This document shows positions 1 through 13,438 of a stretch of DNA of 64,000 bases, piece by piece (positions within the stretch are counted from its first letter, which is position 1; each line of letters opens with the position of its first letter). The stretch is taken from contig JALMLS010000368.1 of assembly GCA_038496445.1 (NCBI GenBank), positions 186,001 through 250,000 on the forward strand, read 5' to 3'. A model generated the notes under the pieces. It had not been told where the DNA came from. It searched no databases and saw only the letters and a list, made by a program, of their open reading frames with translations. The translations under genes and the position numbers were made by a program. The DNA comes from Trichosphaerium sp. ATCC 40318 (taxonomy: Eukaryota; Protista; Tubulinea).

Positions 1-2110
1 AAATCTCCAAACTGACAAAACACTAAATGTGGTATGAGCGACACTTACCATGGTTGTTTGCGTTTTGTAGTACCTATAGCTTCAAATATTGTAGACTTTC
101 CAGCACCGTTGTCACCCTCAATCAACCACACGCCATTGGGCATGTCAGATAACGGGATCTCCATGCGACCGTTGATACCGAGGAAGTTCTCTATTACCAA
201 GTATCTAAGGGATGCATCGAAGATTTCATCGCCTTTTTCTACAGACTCACCAGCTCTCTCAAGGATATCTCCTGCTTTTTCTAGTAGTTCCTTACAAAAT
301 AGAGGATCTTGTAGGGCTATTTGCCATTCTGTTGCCTTGATCGAGAGTTCGTCCTTCTTTAGATGCTCCAAGAATTTTTCTATGAGCTTTCCCATATCCC
401 TATCTTGCACTTCCTCGTCTGTTGGATCAGCCGGAACCTGCTTTTGCATCATCTTGTCCAGGGTAATCCTTGGTAAAGTAAGTTGATGCGCTCTTTTATA
501 GGCTAGAAACATACCTCTTTTGAACACCTAAAGCACCAAGCTTTACTAGATTATTCTTATATTTATCATGTGTTGTTGGTGCTATGTGTTCGTTGTACTA
601 ATCCTCATGTTACGCGTAATTCTCTATAATAAGAAATACAGTAAAGTGTTGGTGGGTACCTCAATGGAGACAAATGCGTCACGGAACATGTCAGGTTCCT
701 TTTTAAGCATATAAGGTAGGTCGTCTTCATTCACTTTGATAAACTGGGAATATGTAGGTGAGTTGTTTTTAGCTTTGAGAGTAACACTGGTTTACCTGAT
801 TCGCCAATGGATTTTCGTGGTAGGCAATACGATCGTTATCTGGTGTGTATACAGCTATGCCACGTGTTTCACCTATTTCAGCCACCAAATTATTTTAAAT
901 ATTGTTGTTGGTACAAAAACAAGAAACTAGTGCTTGCCTGCATCTCCGAAATTAAATTGCATTGGGGCACCAATATAAACAATGTCGTGCTTGAGTTCTT
1001 GGTACTACAGCCAGTGAGCAATAGACGTCAACTTCATTCCGTTGGGAGTGTATGTATGCAAGGTACCTGATGAAAGTGTCCAGAGAATGTCCGCTTGAAC
1101 GGTTTAAACGTTTTAGGAGCTACCTGACCTTTACATCTAGATTTGGAGTTTTGCATCGCTCCAGTTATTGCCAAGTGCCCAAAAACAACAGTGTTGTCAG
1201 CTTCGGTAGTGATCATTTCAAAGACAGCGTCTTCTATTTCTTGCGGATCCTCGTGCTGTAGCAATATACTCAGTTATACTAATGTAATAGCTTGTTCACT
1301 TACGTAAGGCACCATGATGGCTGGGTGATCACCAAGATCAATCGCTGCAGTTAAATGTCAGTAAAAAGTTTGACACAATTTCAATGAACCGTCACACTAT
1401 CGTGATGTGCACTCACAATACGGGACATTGTGACTTGCCTGTTATCTCCTTATACAGATTGATTTTGTCGTTTTCTTTCAAAGACTCCAACGTGAGGACA
1501 TCTACAATAATGAATGTTGTTATTTTGATAGATGCATTTTTTGAGGTATGCAATTTAACGCAAACAACAACAATTAACAACCAACTAACCAAGGGAAGAG
1601 ATAGCTCTACTCGTTTTCAAGTTCATATCATGATTGCCAAGAACGATGTGGATTGGTACTTTACACGTCTGTGACATTCTTTGCGGTTGGGCGTGAGTTT
1701 ACACATTATGTAGAGGTCACTCAACTTGCGTTTGTAACGTACTTGTCAAAAAATGAAATGGCTGCAGACTGAGCCTCCACACTAACTACCTCGCGCGTGT
1801 TGAGTGTGTCTATCCAGAGTGTAAGCGAGTTAGGGCTTTATTATCGAGCTAGTACCTCCTAAGCATACAATGGTATCCACGCGGGCTTTTTTAAACTCGT
1901 CAATCACCCTAGAAACTGTTACACCATTTGCGTAACCCTGTAGATGTACCAATCGCCTGTTGCTTTTATACGCGGTAATCCTTTGTCTTGGAAGTGAATG
2001 TCACCGAATAAACCAATTTTCTGCGACGCATAGCGTTTTGATGACCGTGTATGTTCCTTACGACGCTCTCGAACTGCACATGTACTACTTCTACGTATGG
2101 CAGCGAGCAT
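1..2110 (-). CDS. SbcD/Mre11-like metallophosphoesterase fused to an SbcC/Rad50-like ABC ATPase; multi-exon, 3' end outside the window
   Basis: Spliced exons give the phosphoesterase motifs GDIHF, CLGD, LGNHD, FGHL, FSGHFH and YIGAPMQFNFGD. Linker exons then lead to YLVIENFLGING...LIEGDNGAGKSTIFEAI, the SbcC/Rad50 N-terminus with Walker A. Confidence 0.85.
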
Positions 2111-2269
2111 ATTCGCTAACTATGCCTGGTGCGTAGATTAAACGATGTACGTGTGATCCAGGTGCTTTGAGGTTGAATCTGGTGACTCTTTCAATCAATA
2201 ACGCTTTTGACTGGTTTTTCCTGATTTTGGGGGTTTCCACATTTCAGAAAATATACTTTGTGTAAGTAA

Positions 2270-5200
2270 CAGCAACAAACACACGCCTCAAAAATGACAC
2301 ATCGATTGTCAAGGGGTATGAGCGTACTGGACAGGTGATTTTGACGCGTAACTTTTTTTACCTTATTGTTTACAGCCAAATAGCGTAGGGGGAGACCAGT
2401 ACGACGATGATATTATATTTGCTCCAGGGGTTGAGAGGTATTATGAGCGTAGTTGGACCGCAAGAACCAAATCCTTCTTATTGCGTGCGTGGAAGAGGCT
2501 GTGGAACGAAAATTGGCTATTCTTGATCGTTTTGGGGGTTGTGGGTGCATTGACATGCTGGGCAGTTGATTTAGGCATTGTCTACGTCTTACGTGGTGCG
2601 TATTTGCATCTACGGCATAAACAGCCGCTAAAATGGTTTTGTGAAATTTTTGGGTGACACCTTGTTTAGGACAGCGCCTTTTCTCCGGGCTATCCAGTAT
2701 TTACGCCGTACAGTGGATATTATACGTATTGTACGCATTGGTCTTTGCGCTGATTGCTGTTTCTGCTGTACAATGGATAAGCACTGACGCAGGAGGTACA
2801 CCAAACACCACCGTGCATTTGACACCTGAGGTTGTTTTCAAATAAAAAAGTGCTGATGACATTCTAGGTTCTGGCATACCAGAAATGCGTTGTATTCTCA
2901 GCGGTATAGACATGCCTCACTACCTTTCTATGCGTACGCTAGTGGCAAAGATTATAGGGCTGCTGGGGGCATATGGAGGCGGTAAGTCAGCAAAATGACA
3001 GGTAAGAAGACAGTTACGCTGACATTTTGTACAAGGTTTCCATATTGGCAAGGAAGGCCCTTATGTTCACATTATTTCTGCGGTGGGTACCCAATTAACG
3101 CGGCTCCCTTGGTGGCGAAACATCAAAAAAGTACGTTGATGTTTCCCCCTTTTTAAGCTATGCTAACACCATTAAAAGAATGACGCTGTGCGACAACAAA
3201 TGTTGGCTGTAGCTTGCGCTCTTGGCGTAGTGTGCGCGTTTGGTGCACCAATTGGAGGTATGCCAAAAAATTACAAACCGTTTGTTAACACGTGATTTAA
3301 TCCAGGCGTTTTATTCAGTGTGGAAGTAACCACGTCCTTTTACTTGGTGGATAATCTATGGCGGGCATTTTTTTGTGCAGTTGTTGGGTCTATTGTCCTT
3401 CAAGTCACGCATGAAACCGGATTGGTTCAGCTATTCAACCCACCTTACGACTTGTCCTCGTACACTACTCTTGAACTTTTTTCATTTGCGCTTCTTGGTA
3501 TCATCGCCGGTCTATTGGGTGCAGTCTTCGTACAGCTCTTGCTCGGCACATACAAGTTAGGTCGGTCTTGGAAGGGATTTCAAACCAAAAAAGGGTAGGT
3601 GTCTTCATTTATTGTTTTATCTGTCCAACAGACTCAAAAATATCCGCTAACTTTGGTCAGTGCATACTTTAAAGTAATGATGGTATCCATGATTCTGAGT
3701 GCCATTGCCTTCCCTACAACGTTCAGACTCCTTCGAAACGACGCGCAATGTATTATAGACTCCCTAATCGGTATTGAAGGCCAGACACGAACCAACTGTA
3801 GCAACAACAGACCTGATGACTTTTGGATAGAGCTCATTATCCTCTTTTTTGCAAAGGTATTTATTTGATGGATTTCTGGTAAACTCACATCCGTTAGGTG
3901 ATATTCACAGTCACGTCGGTTGGTTTTACAGGTCTACCAGTTGGTGTTTTTGCACCTGCCTTTATTTCTGGAGCAGTGTTGGGTAGATTAATGGCTGAAC
4001 TCATGGTACTTACTAGCTTGTCATTTGCGCATGTGGTGACGTTCGTATTTTAGGTTGTGTTGTTTCCAGCGATTAAAGCAGCCGGCTTGGACAGCACAGC
4101 CGCACCAATACCTGACATGGTACCAATGGCTCCATCGCCGCTGCCGCTGCATCTCGTCTACTCCAGATACGCTATTGTTGGTGCAGCTGCAATGTCTGCA
4201 GGCGTAACACGTACTGTGTCCACAGCCGTGATAATGATCGAGCTTACAAAGCAAGTCACTCTCATGCTTCCCATATTGGTAAGTGGCTTAATTTTAATAG
4301 TAGCACATGTATCTAATACGTTGTCTAGATTGCAGTACTGGAGGCAATTGTAATCTCGCGTTTGTTTGCTGACTCTGTGTACGATGTGATGATTCGCCAA
4401 AAAGACTTGCCTGCAATGCCTAGGTTCAAGTTATACAAAAACTCGTACAACAAAGGCGCCGCTGAAATAATGAAAACGAACCTATCGTATTTGACTATAT
4501 CAAGCACATATCAAGATGCTATAGACTTGCTTGAGAAGTCATCTCATCAATCCTTCCCTTTGGTATCTGCTGAAGATTTTGTCTTCTTAGGTTCTGTAAG
4601 AAGGCAGAGTATTGAAACGCTAATACAATCAGCTGGACTCCTGTACCAGCTAGACCAAACAAGTCAGCGAAAAGGCAAAATGTGTCAACGGTACCCTACA
4701 TTATTGTAAACTGTGTTCTAATGTCGTGTTAACATTAGATGACTTCTGCCGAGTTATTGACACGTCCAGGTCAAGATGACCAGAATGGTAACATGTTATT
4801 GGATAGTGATGATGACGATGACTTTGATGTGCGTGGTTCTGGCGACGACGATGGTAACGGCGCTGGGACTGGTGAAAATGACTTTGACACCGGCGAGATT
4901 CAGATTGATAGAGAAGCCCTGATTGACACACTCGTACGCCAAGCGACCTCTTATACCTAGTATTTAACGCCATGTAGGATATACTGACGCAGCCAATACC
5001 ATACATTTTCAAATCCAACGACAGAGAATTTTCAGACCGTGCAGTTGTAGAAGTAGATCCAGCAGCCTTCCAAATCAGGTAAATTCACGTTTTTGCTCAT
5101 GTGACTCATAATCTGTAGCGATCAAATGTCACTCCACCGTGTACACTTTTTATTCGCTATGCTTGGGATGAATCACGTGTTCGTTACATCTCGTGGGCGA

Positions 5201-5284
5201 TTACGTGGCGTTGTTACAAAGAAACTGCTCATCAAGAAAATGAATGACATAAAGGTTAAAAAATCTGGCAAATCTTTACTGTAA
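2270..5284 (+). CDS. CLC-family chloride channel with C-terminal CBS domains (multi-exon; start codon uncertain)
   Basis: Motifs GSGIPE (~2870), GKEGP (~3047), FGAPIGGVLFSVE, PVGVFAP, AMSAGVTRTVSTAVIMIELT, VYD; CBS segments SFPLV and DPAAFQI...VHFLFAMLG; stop TAA at 5282-5284. Confidence 0.93.
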
Positions 5285-5708
5285 AAAAAAAAAACTAGTT
5301 CAATAGAATTTTTATCCATCTCTCATGTGCGCCGTCACTGCCTCAATAAGGCCATAACTTTCCTAAAAATATCGCTTGTTATATTGCTAAACACCACACG
5401 TGAACTTAGTCTGCGTTCGTGTATACGTGGAGATTTAACAAATTACAAAACGAGATTGCAACTCAAAATATCAATAAGATGGTGAAATTACCACTGAAAG
5501 AAGCAGCGCAAAAAAAAAGGTACTTGTGTTTCTGCTTGTTTGCAAGTTTACTGCTGTCTCTTTTTACAAGTATAATTTACAGTATAATACAACGCAAGGT
5601 TAATGTAGTAACCAAGCTAAATAAAACGTCCAGTTTCTAGCTCGGTGACGCATAGTGGGGTATGGTAGGTGAGATGAATGACAAAATACAAGTTGCCATT
5701 ATCCACCC

Positions 5709-8700
5709 TTACATGGTAATGTTTTGTAGGTTTTCGTGTTGTGTTGTTGGTTGTTTAGCCAACTGCCTCTTCAGTCTGAAAAGGTTTTTTTGTTGTGTTG
5801 CTAGCTCCTTTTGTAATCGACGAACTTGCTTCCTTCGTGTTGACAACATATCAACAACATGCTTCGTTTGTTGTACAACAGTCATTTGATGATTATGAGA
5901 GATATTTCGATTTGAAATAACTGGATGCAACAGAGCGCTAACCTGTTGAATGGTGGCAGCCTGGTCTAAATTCTCTTTCTGTTTACGAGCAGCAAATGAT
6001 GGCGCTGGAGCACCACGTGTTGTGTTATTGCCTTGAAGCTGACGGAGCTGATGTTGTTGGATGCGGACTTCCTTCTCCATCTCCACAATACGCTAAAGAG
6101 AGAACACGAGGGTCAGTAGATGGTGATGAAAGGTAATGTTAAGCGAAGGTACCTTGCGAAGACTGTTATTCTCTGTTTTGATTTTGAGATGGTGTTGTAT
6201 CTTTTGTTTAATGTTGTTGTGTCCTATCAACTTTGCAAGTTTATCACGCAGTGTTTGATTCTCTTTCTCAAATCCCACTGCCGTCTTGTTCAGCAAAGCA
6301 CTCTCTTCACGCAAACTAAACGAGTCATCAGCAAAACAATCACAATAATAGAGGGCTAGGTCAACCACCCAAAGAAGAAAACAACAATTTTGTGCGTACC
6401 CAGAAAGTGAAACAGTCAGTGTTTCGATTTGTTCTTGTAAGCGGGCAGTCGTGGCAACTTGATGTTCTTTTGCCTTGCAACATTCGGATTCCCATTGAAC
6501 AGCGCGAACTCTAGAAGGGGGGTATTAAGTCAGAACACTGCAAAAAGGGCAAGAGCGCTAAGGACGTACTCGGCATCACTTAGAGCATGGCGCACAGTGC
6601 TCTCTTTAGCAGACAATGTGCTCAATTGGGTCTAGAGGTAGAACCAGGTAAGCATGTGTTGGAAGCAGAAAAAATAACGGCTTACCTCCAAATCGCGAAT
6701 GCTGACTTCCAAGCGTTCTACCTTATCCTTCCAAGTACTGTTCAAAGCTTCCAACTTCTCGGCCTTTGTTTGTACGTTTGTAAGCTGACTGTTGAGGGAT
6801 GTGATCTCAGTAGTCAATCGCTTATTGACTGCAACTTCTTGCGAAGGAGAGGATGGCGTGGTCCTGGTCTTGGAGGCCTCTCTCAACTGAAAATTAAAAC
6901 AGACATATAAGAACAACAATGACACATTGAAAGACGTACGTTGTGCTGTGCAGTGTCTAGACGTGCTGTAAGTGCTTCCACTTGGTCAGCCATCTTTTGT
7001 CGCTCTTTTTCTGACAGTTGGAGCTCGTGTTGGGCTTCCTTATGACGGGCAACCTCATCTTCAAGCTGTTGTTTGCCATCTTCAATCTCGGCGGTTAACG
7101 CCGTTATCTTGTCCTCAACTTGACGCTTTACATCATGTACAGCCTTGTAAGGTGTCAGGAGGATCAGATCATAAAATGGAGATGAGATTGTACCTGAGTC
7201 TTTGCCTTGAGCTCCTCAACAAGCTCCTTGATCTGTTCATCGCTCGCTTTCTGCAATTGAGAGTTGGCAGTCGTCAATTGATCGACCTCAGCCTAAATGC
7301 AACCATTAATAGAGTTCAACTAACAAAGCTGGTGGCTTTACCTTAGATTCTTTGAGAGCATGCTGGAGGTCATCACATTGCACAGACAACCGCTCTGCTT
7401 CTTCTGTCTGTTCTTTGAGATCCTTAACGCTTTTTTCTCTCCTCTCCTTTGACAAGGCGAGGCAATTCTCAGTATCTATTGTACGTTGTTTTGCTGCTTC
7501 GAGTTCTTGCTTCACGTCTTGCAAATCATTTGTGATTGCCAACGATTGCTCTCTCTCAAGTGCCAATGCCTTTTCAGACTCGGACAACGATTCGCGAAGC
7601 TAAGAACAAATTGTAATTAGTGGGGACCCACAAAACAATGTGAAGATTAACTGGGGTTTTTTTTGACGTACGATTTTTTCTTGCTCTATCAAGTCGTTTA
7701 TTTTATCATCTTGAGAGTTCATTTCAAGCATTTCTTGCTTTTGCTTAACGCTCAAAGTCAATTCGGCAATCTTTGTCTCGTTACCAATGATAACATTTCT
7801 CAACGAAGCAATTTCTTTAATTTGATCATCAACCTCTTCCTTTAAGGACTCAACTTGCTCTTCTCTGTGCTTCACCTCTTCAATAATATTATCCAACTGT
7901 TCTTGGTACTCTGCATTCTCTTCGAGAAGCTTCTCTTCTTGCTGTTGCAACGAGGCTACTTGGCTCTCAAAAGCCAAAGACTCAGTTTGCTGTTCGTGCT
8001 AAAAATCACGTGTTAGCTTTGTGAAAGAAAAACAGGGACTTGTTATTTTCATACCAATCTCTCTATTTGCGTCTCTTGTAATGCGACACGAGATTCTGCA
8101 ACTTGAAGTTTATGTTGACATTGCTCAAGCTCATCTCTGAGTCTGTGCTTAGCCTTACGGAGTGAAGCAATCTTGCTGTCTACTTTTGGACTGGCAAGAC
8201 ATAGACTGATACGTCTGTTTTCACCCTCTTGCTTCTTGAGTGTACAGCTCATTCTCCGCATATCCTTATCACGTGTTTTCAACGTGTTCTTTAGACCATC
8301 ACGCTCTTCCGTAAGTTGTTGGACTTGTGCTTTCAACGTCTATAACAACATTTAGCACAAAGGCCTTTTGATAATAATAAAAATCAAGGGAGATCGCACC
8401 TCTACTTCAGCATCATACATGCGTAGCCTCTCTGTTTTTGGGCTAGGCATATTATTATCAGCATTCTCGGTAATAGCAGAATCTATTCCTTTCTTGAGGC
8501 TGGCAACAACAGACTCGTGATGAGACTTGAGTTTGTTCAATTCCAACTAGAGTTAAAAAAACCGAATTAATACAAGCACAACATAAAGCTCCTTAGTCCT
8601 TACCTCGTGACTGAGCTGGCACACCCGCAACTCTTCTGCAGCCTCTAGCTCGGCATTTTTCAAAGCCTCAAGCTCCGATTCTAACTTGATCCTATCCTGT

Positions 8701-11238
8701 AAGGCTTGTCGCTCTTGGTTGCTTGACTTGGCGTGGGCCTGTTCTAGCTCCGCTTCTAATGCGTTTATTTCCTGTTGGTGCTTGTACTTCAAGACATCCA
8801 CATTGACGTGTAAAGCCTCTTCACCTTCGCTGCCGCTTTCAGCATCATCAGCACCAGGTGTGGGTTGTTTACCAGCCGAGTAAATATCCAACAGCTTGTG
8901 TTTCTCTTTGATCATCTGACGGACTTGCTCGCTGAGATCGGTAGCATGCCTGACGCAACACAAAGTGAGATTTCAACCTAAACAACAAGAGAATGAAATA
9001 ACGTACTGCCGGAGTTTGACATTCTCTGTATTGTATTCCTCTTCCTGTTCGCCATACCTCTGTTGATACTTCTCCAACTCACCTGAGACAAAAGTTAAAC
9101 CTTTTACAATACAAACGGAACGGGGTTATAAAAATAGGAATCATTTTCTTTTACCTTTGTGGTTGGCACTCTCAATGTAATACTTCAAGACTTCAGGATG
9201 ATGATCCACCTTGTACTTGAGGTACTCAATCTCTTTTTGCAGCTCCTCCTTTTCAGGATCACCTTCCTACATTGTATTAGCTTATATACAAGACTGTACA
9301 GCCCACATCCTGACGTACCACGTTGTCATCGGAAGCTTGGGTGAGTCTGTTTATTCTATCCTCTTTTAACTTCAATATAAACTTTGTAGCTTGCATGAAA
9401 CTCTTTCCTTTCTCCAAGAGCTCCATGAGTTGTGTGACCTTGTTGCGCATAACCTCTCGCTCATCTGTCACGACTTGTACTTGCTCAAGTGCTTGAGCAA
9501 GCAATACTTCGCGTTTCCTTTCAGTATCAGGAGACAGATCAATCGCGATTGGAGCATTCATAGGTTGTTGTGATGCTAGCTGGCTACGGAGCTTTGCTAT
9601 CGTTTGACGCATTTGACTGACAGTCCCGGATTCGTCCTCATTAACAACCGCCTATGAAATGTGAGCCACAAAACGTGCCTTGCATGCATTCGGAAATGAA
9701 ACAAAGAGCGTACGTTATTTCTTATCAACTTGGCACGCTGGGCAAACTTGAGAGATCCCAAAGTCTCTCTGAAGCAATTGTCAGCACCTAGAAAAACGAG
9801 GCATTAATAAATTGCATCACAGAGTTTAGCTGTAAAAGGTTAGGTACCTGCAATTGTTGCAATAATAGATGTCTTTGAGTTACCACCCAGAGAATCCTGT
9901 GTGGAGTAAGCAAGACCGTCGTATGAGAACAAAAATAAGTACCTTCAAAAGATATGTCAGCTTAGAATCACGGTAGTGTACGTGACGCTGTAATCCACGC
10001 GCTTTGTCTGTCAAGGCACGAATAACACCTCCAAGAGATGTGAGAGACTTGTTAATATTGCCAGCCTACAACATACGTGAGCGGAGATACTAAAGCATTT
10101 GATTGTTGTGTACCTCCTTGAGACGTATGCCACTTGCTTGTGTATTCTTTTGTCGTTCACTTCCGGCTAAATCGATCATATGGAGCCTAGATGAACGCAC
10201 TTTTGTGCCGCTCTAGATAGGACGTGAGATTTGTACAAAATAAAAGACATGTCCATACCTTGGATTGCAGGTAAAACGTGAATACTGCGTGTGAACGAGA
10301 ACTTCTAGAATTCTTTGCAGTCTCGCCAACGCGTCTGTACTGTGCTCCATCCTTTAATAAACTGTAGGCCTCTTCGGCACTAGTCACAGCAGTTTCTGTC
10401 ATGTTTTGAACGTATACTCCCTTGTTGATATCCTCACGAATGACTGATGACAACAGTTAAAACAAGACAGACTATGAGATCTTCCAATACGTACGAAGGT
10501 TACTAGACTCTGGAGACAATAAATCAATCACATGTTCGTTGTAAATCTCAAGGTAAGAACATTTTGTCAAGAAAGTTACATCAGGATCCTGTAATAAGTT
10601 AGAACAAAACCTGACTTGGTACAACTTGATGAATGGTACCTGTTTTTTCTCTCGGTTAATTTTGGAGAAAATATACTCTAGCACACGTGGTATTATACCA
10701 CGCAACTCGTGAATCTCTTTTCCAGATGGCTCGAGCCCTCCTTGTATCGTAAAGGTCTTACCTTTAAACAAAAACGTGAATAAAGTTTGTAGATTGGCAA
10801 GTTTTAAATTTAACCGACAAAACAAAAGGAGACGTTTGTTACCTGAGCCAGTTTGTCCATACGCGAATATGCAGCCATTATAACCCTCTAAACAGCAATC
10901 TACAAAATTTTAACCGCAAATGTCAATAACTCGAGTGTACCGGCAATAGGCAGTCCAACAGCTTGAAATATCTTCTCTTGGCCGACTTGGTGGTCTATGA
11001 ACGGTAAGACATTATGTTTAACGCTTTAACAAACCAGCTGCGAAATCGTATGTAAATTGGCGTGTTTCTTGGCTATTTACGCGCATTATGACAGTACGCT
11101 TGTCATCTAACACTTCTAGTAGCGTCTGTGTTTCATTTTCTTTTTTACTTGGCGGTCTTACGCGCACAAATACTTTGACGTTGTCGAAGGCTAGCACTGT
11201 TTAGGTTGGAGGATGATTGTAAGTTATTTACCGGCCAT
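5709..11238 (-). CDS. Kinesin-12/KIF15-like motor with long coiled coil (multi-exon; 3' end approximate)
   Basis: N-terminal motor motifs [73 protein letters not shown]; C-terminal [25 protein letters not shown] matches the KIF15/HMMR tail motif. Confidence 0.9.
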
Positions 11239-11574
11239 ATTAGGCTATTGTTATGTTCGACGTGTATTACTATTCTCTAGACTGTAACTTGGCGCTACTG
11301 TTGAAAAATTTAAAATTTAGCGGGAAATGCGAAGGTTAAGTTAGTACACCTTGCACAATACCAAGGCGATCAGAACGCTCATAAAACACATGCGATACCG
11401 TTGTTTATTAAGCGTTACAACAGTAGCACGTGCCATCAACACCAAAAACTCAACTGTATCTGTCTACATACTCAAATAGCGTTGCGCAACGCCAATAGTT
11501 ACGTGAGGCATGTTCGCTTAACAAACAAGTCAAAACAGATAGCCTCGCACAATACGACGACAAAAGGTCTTACT

Positions 11575-12257
11575 ATGGCTTCAACCAACTACTACGATCA
11601 AATAGCATTGGGTTATGACAGATTACACAGAGGTAAAACATGTGCTCGTATTGGTCAACTAAACAAACTCTAGGCGAACAACGTGGCAAGTTTAGAAAGT
11701 TTGTAACGCTGTCAGGTACATTCATGGCAAAAACACTGATTAACGCGTAATTAGGTTGCAAATTGGGCCCTACAAGCATGTTGTTAGACGTTGGTTGTGG
11801 ATCAGGTGTTGCTTGCGAGTTTTACAAATCACCAGTAGTATTTGGTATTGATCCATCAGGTGGCTTGTTAGAAAGATCCCCAGCGCACGTAGTTAAAGGT
11901 TAGGTCACTGCAAGGTGTCAAATCAAGTGCTTACGCGTGAAAGGTGGTGGAGAAGCGCTACCGTACAAAGACAGCCTCTTCGAACTCGTCATAAGTGTCA
12001 CAGCATTACAAAACTTTACAGATCCGATCTTAGGCACGTTTGCACGCCGTCAATCTCACGTGCTCACTTGCAAGCACATAGGTCTAGAAGAAATGCTTCG
12101 TGTTGGCCAATCTAAATTCGTTATCACAATATTGAAGAGAGGGAAAGATACTGAGAAACTCCAACGTGTTAGAGACCACATCGCAAAGCGATTTGTTATT
12201 GACAAGGAAATCGACGATCAGCACGATTTCATTTATGTGTTGACACGCAAGAACTGA
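11575..12257 (+). CDS. Class I SAM-dependent methyltransferase (multi-exon)
   Basis: MASTNYYDQIALGYDRLH..., motif I LLDVGCGSG, FGIDPS, EALPYKDSLFELVISVTALQNF. Confidence 0.85.
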
Positions 12258-12495
12258 AACCACTTCAGACCTCGCCCTTGCTATCACAGTTGAACTGACG
12301 ATGTGATAGTAGCACCACAGATCTTAGGAAAGGGCCTTGCTTCATAGCAATGCCAATCATATTTGAGGGCTGTGAAGGAATGTTCTAGAACCGAAATGTT
12401 ACTGAAATTTCATTGCACTGAAAGTAAAATACTTTTATTGACTGTTTATCCCTGCCTTCCTCGCACTAAAGTTTTGTTAAACCAATTCATCAACA

Positions 12496-13262
12496 ATGTC
12501 TGAAACTGCAATTAAAAACCCACAAGTTAACGTAGACGAATCCGAAGTAGAGGAGGAAAAACCTGTGCAGGCAAATACTGGCCCTGTCACAGTCACTACT
12601 GGTGGACAGACCTTCACGCTCGAGATTAAAGAGACCAAAACAAACGAGGAAGACGAGGATCCAATATTTACCAAGTGCGTGTTTATTACCTCGCCTACAA
12701 CTTGTGGGCTTAGTATTTTTCCCGCTACGTATTCTAAATTCTATTAGACGCGCCAAGCTTTACCGCTTCGCTGCTGAAGCCAACGAATGGAAAGAAAGAG
12801 GTAAAGGAGAAGCTAAATTGCTCAAACATAAAACAACGGGCAAAGTACGATTCCTCATGCGACGAGACAAGACATTCAAGATTTGCGGTAATCATTACAG
12901 TACGTAAAGTTGAAAACGCACAGAAAATACCCTACCTCGCTACAAAACACGACTAACGCGCGCTTTTAGTTATTGATAGCATGAAATTAGAGCCACACGC
13001 TGGTTCAGACAGAGCATTTGTATACACATGCCCTGCTGATTTTGCTGATGAGGAACAAAAGAGCGAGGTATTCTGCATTCGCTTTGGCAATGCTGAAAGT
13101 ACGTCACAAACTGACCAAACAATTTTTTCTGGTTTCGCGCCATTCTAACTTTTTTTGTGATTTGCAGACGCTCAAGAATTCTCCACACAATTTGATGAAG
13201 CCAAAAAATGTAACGCCTCCGCTCTTGCTGCTAAGGCACCAGAATCAGCCACTGCTGAATAA
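12496..13262 (+). CDS. RANBP1: Ran-binding protein 1 (RanBD)
   Basis: [76 protein letters not shown]. Confidence 0.93.
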
Positions 13263-13438
13263 ACCTTTTTTTTTTTTTCCTATTTTTTGATATTTCAAAT
13301 TCTTAAATCAACAAGCGAACAAACTGAGCTAATAAATCATGTGTTTACTTATTTTACAACGAAGGTTATTTTAGTGGTTTTTTCGCTTTTTTGATATGTG
13401 TTTGTTTTTTGGGTGTTTTTTCTGTTTTGTAGTTGATG

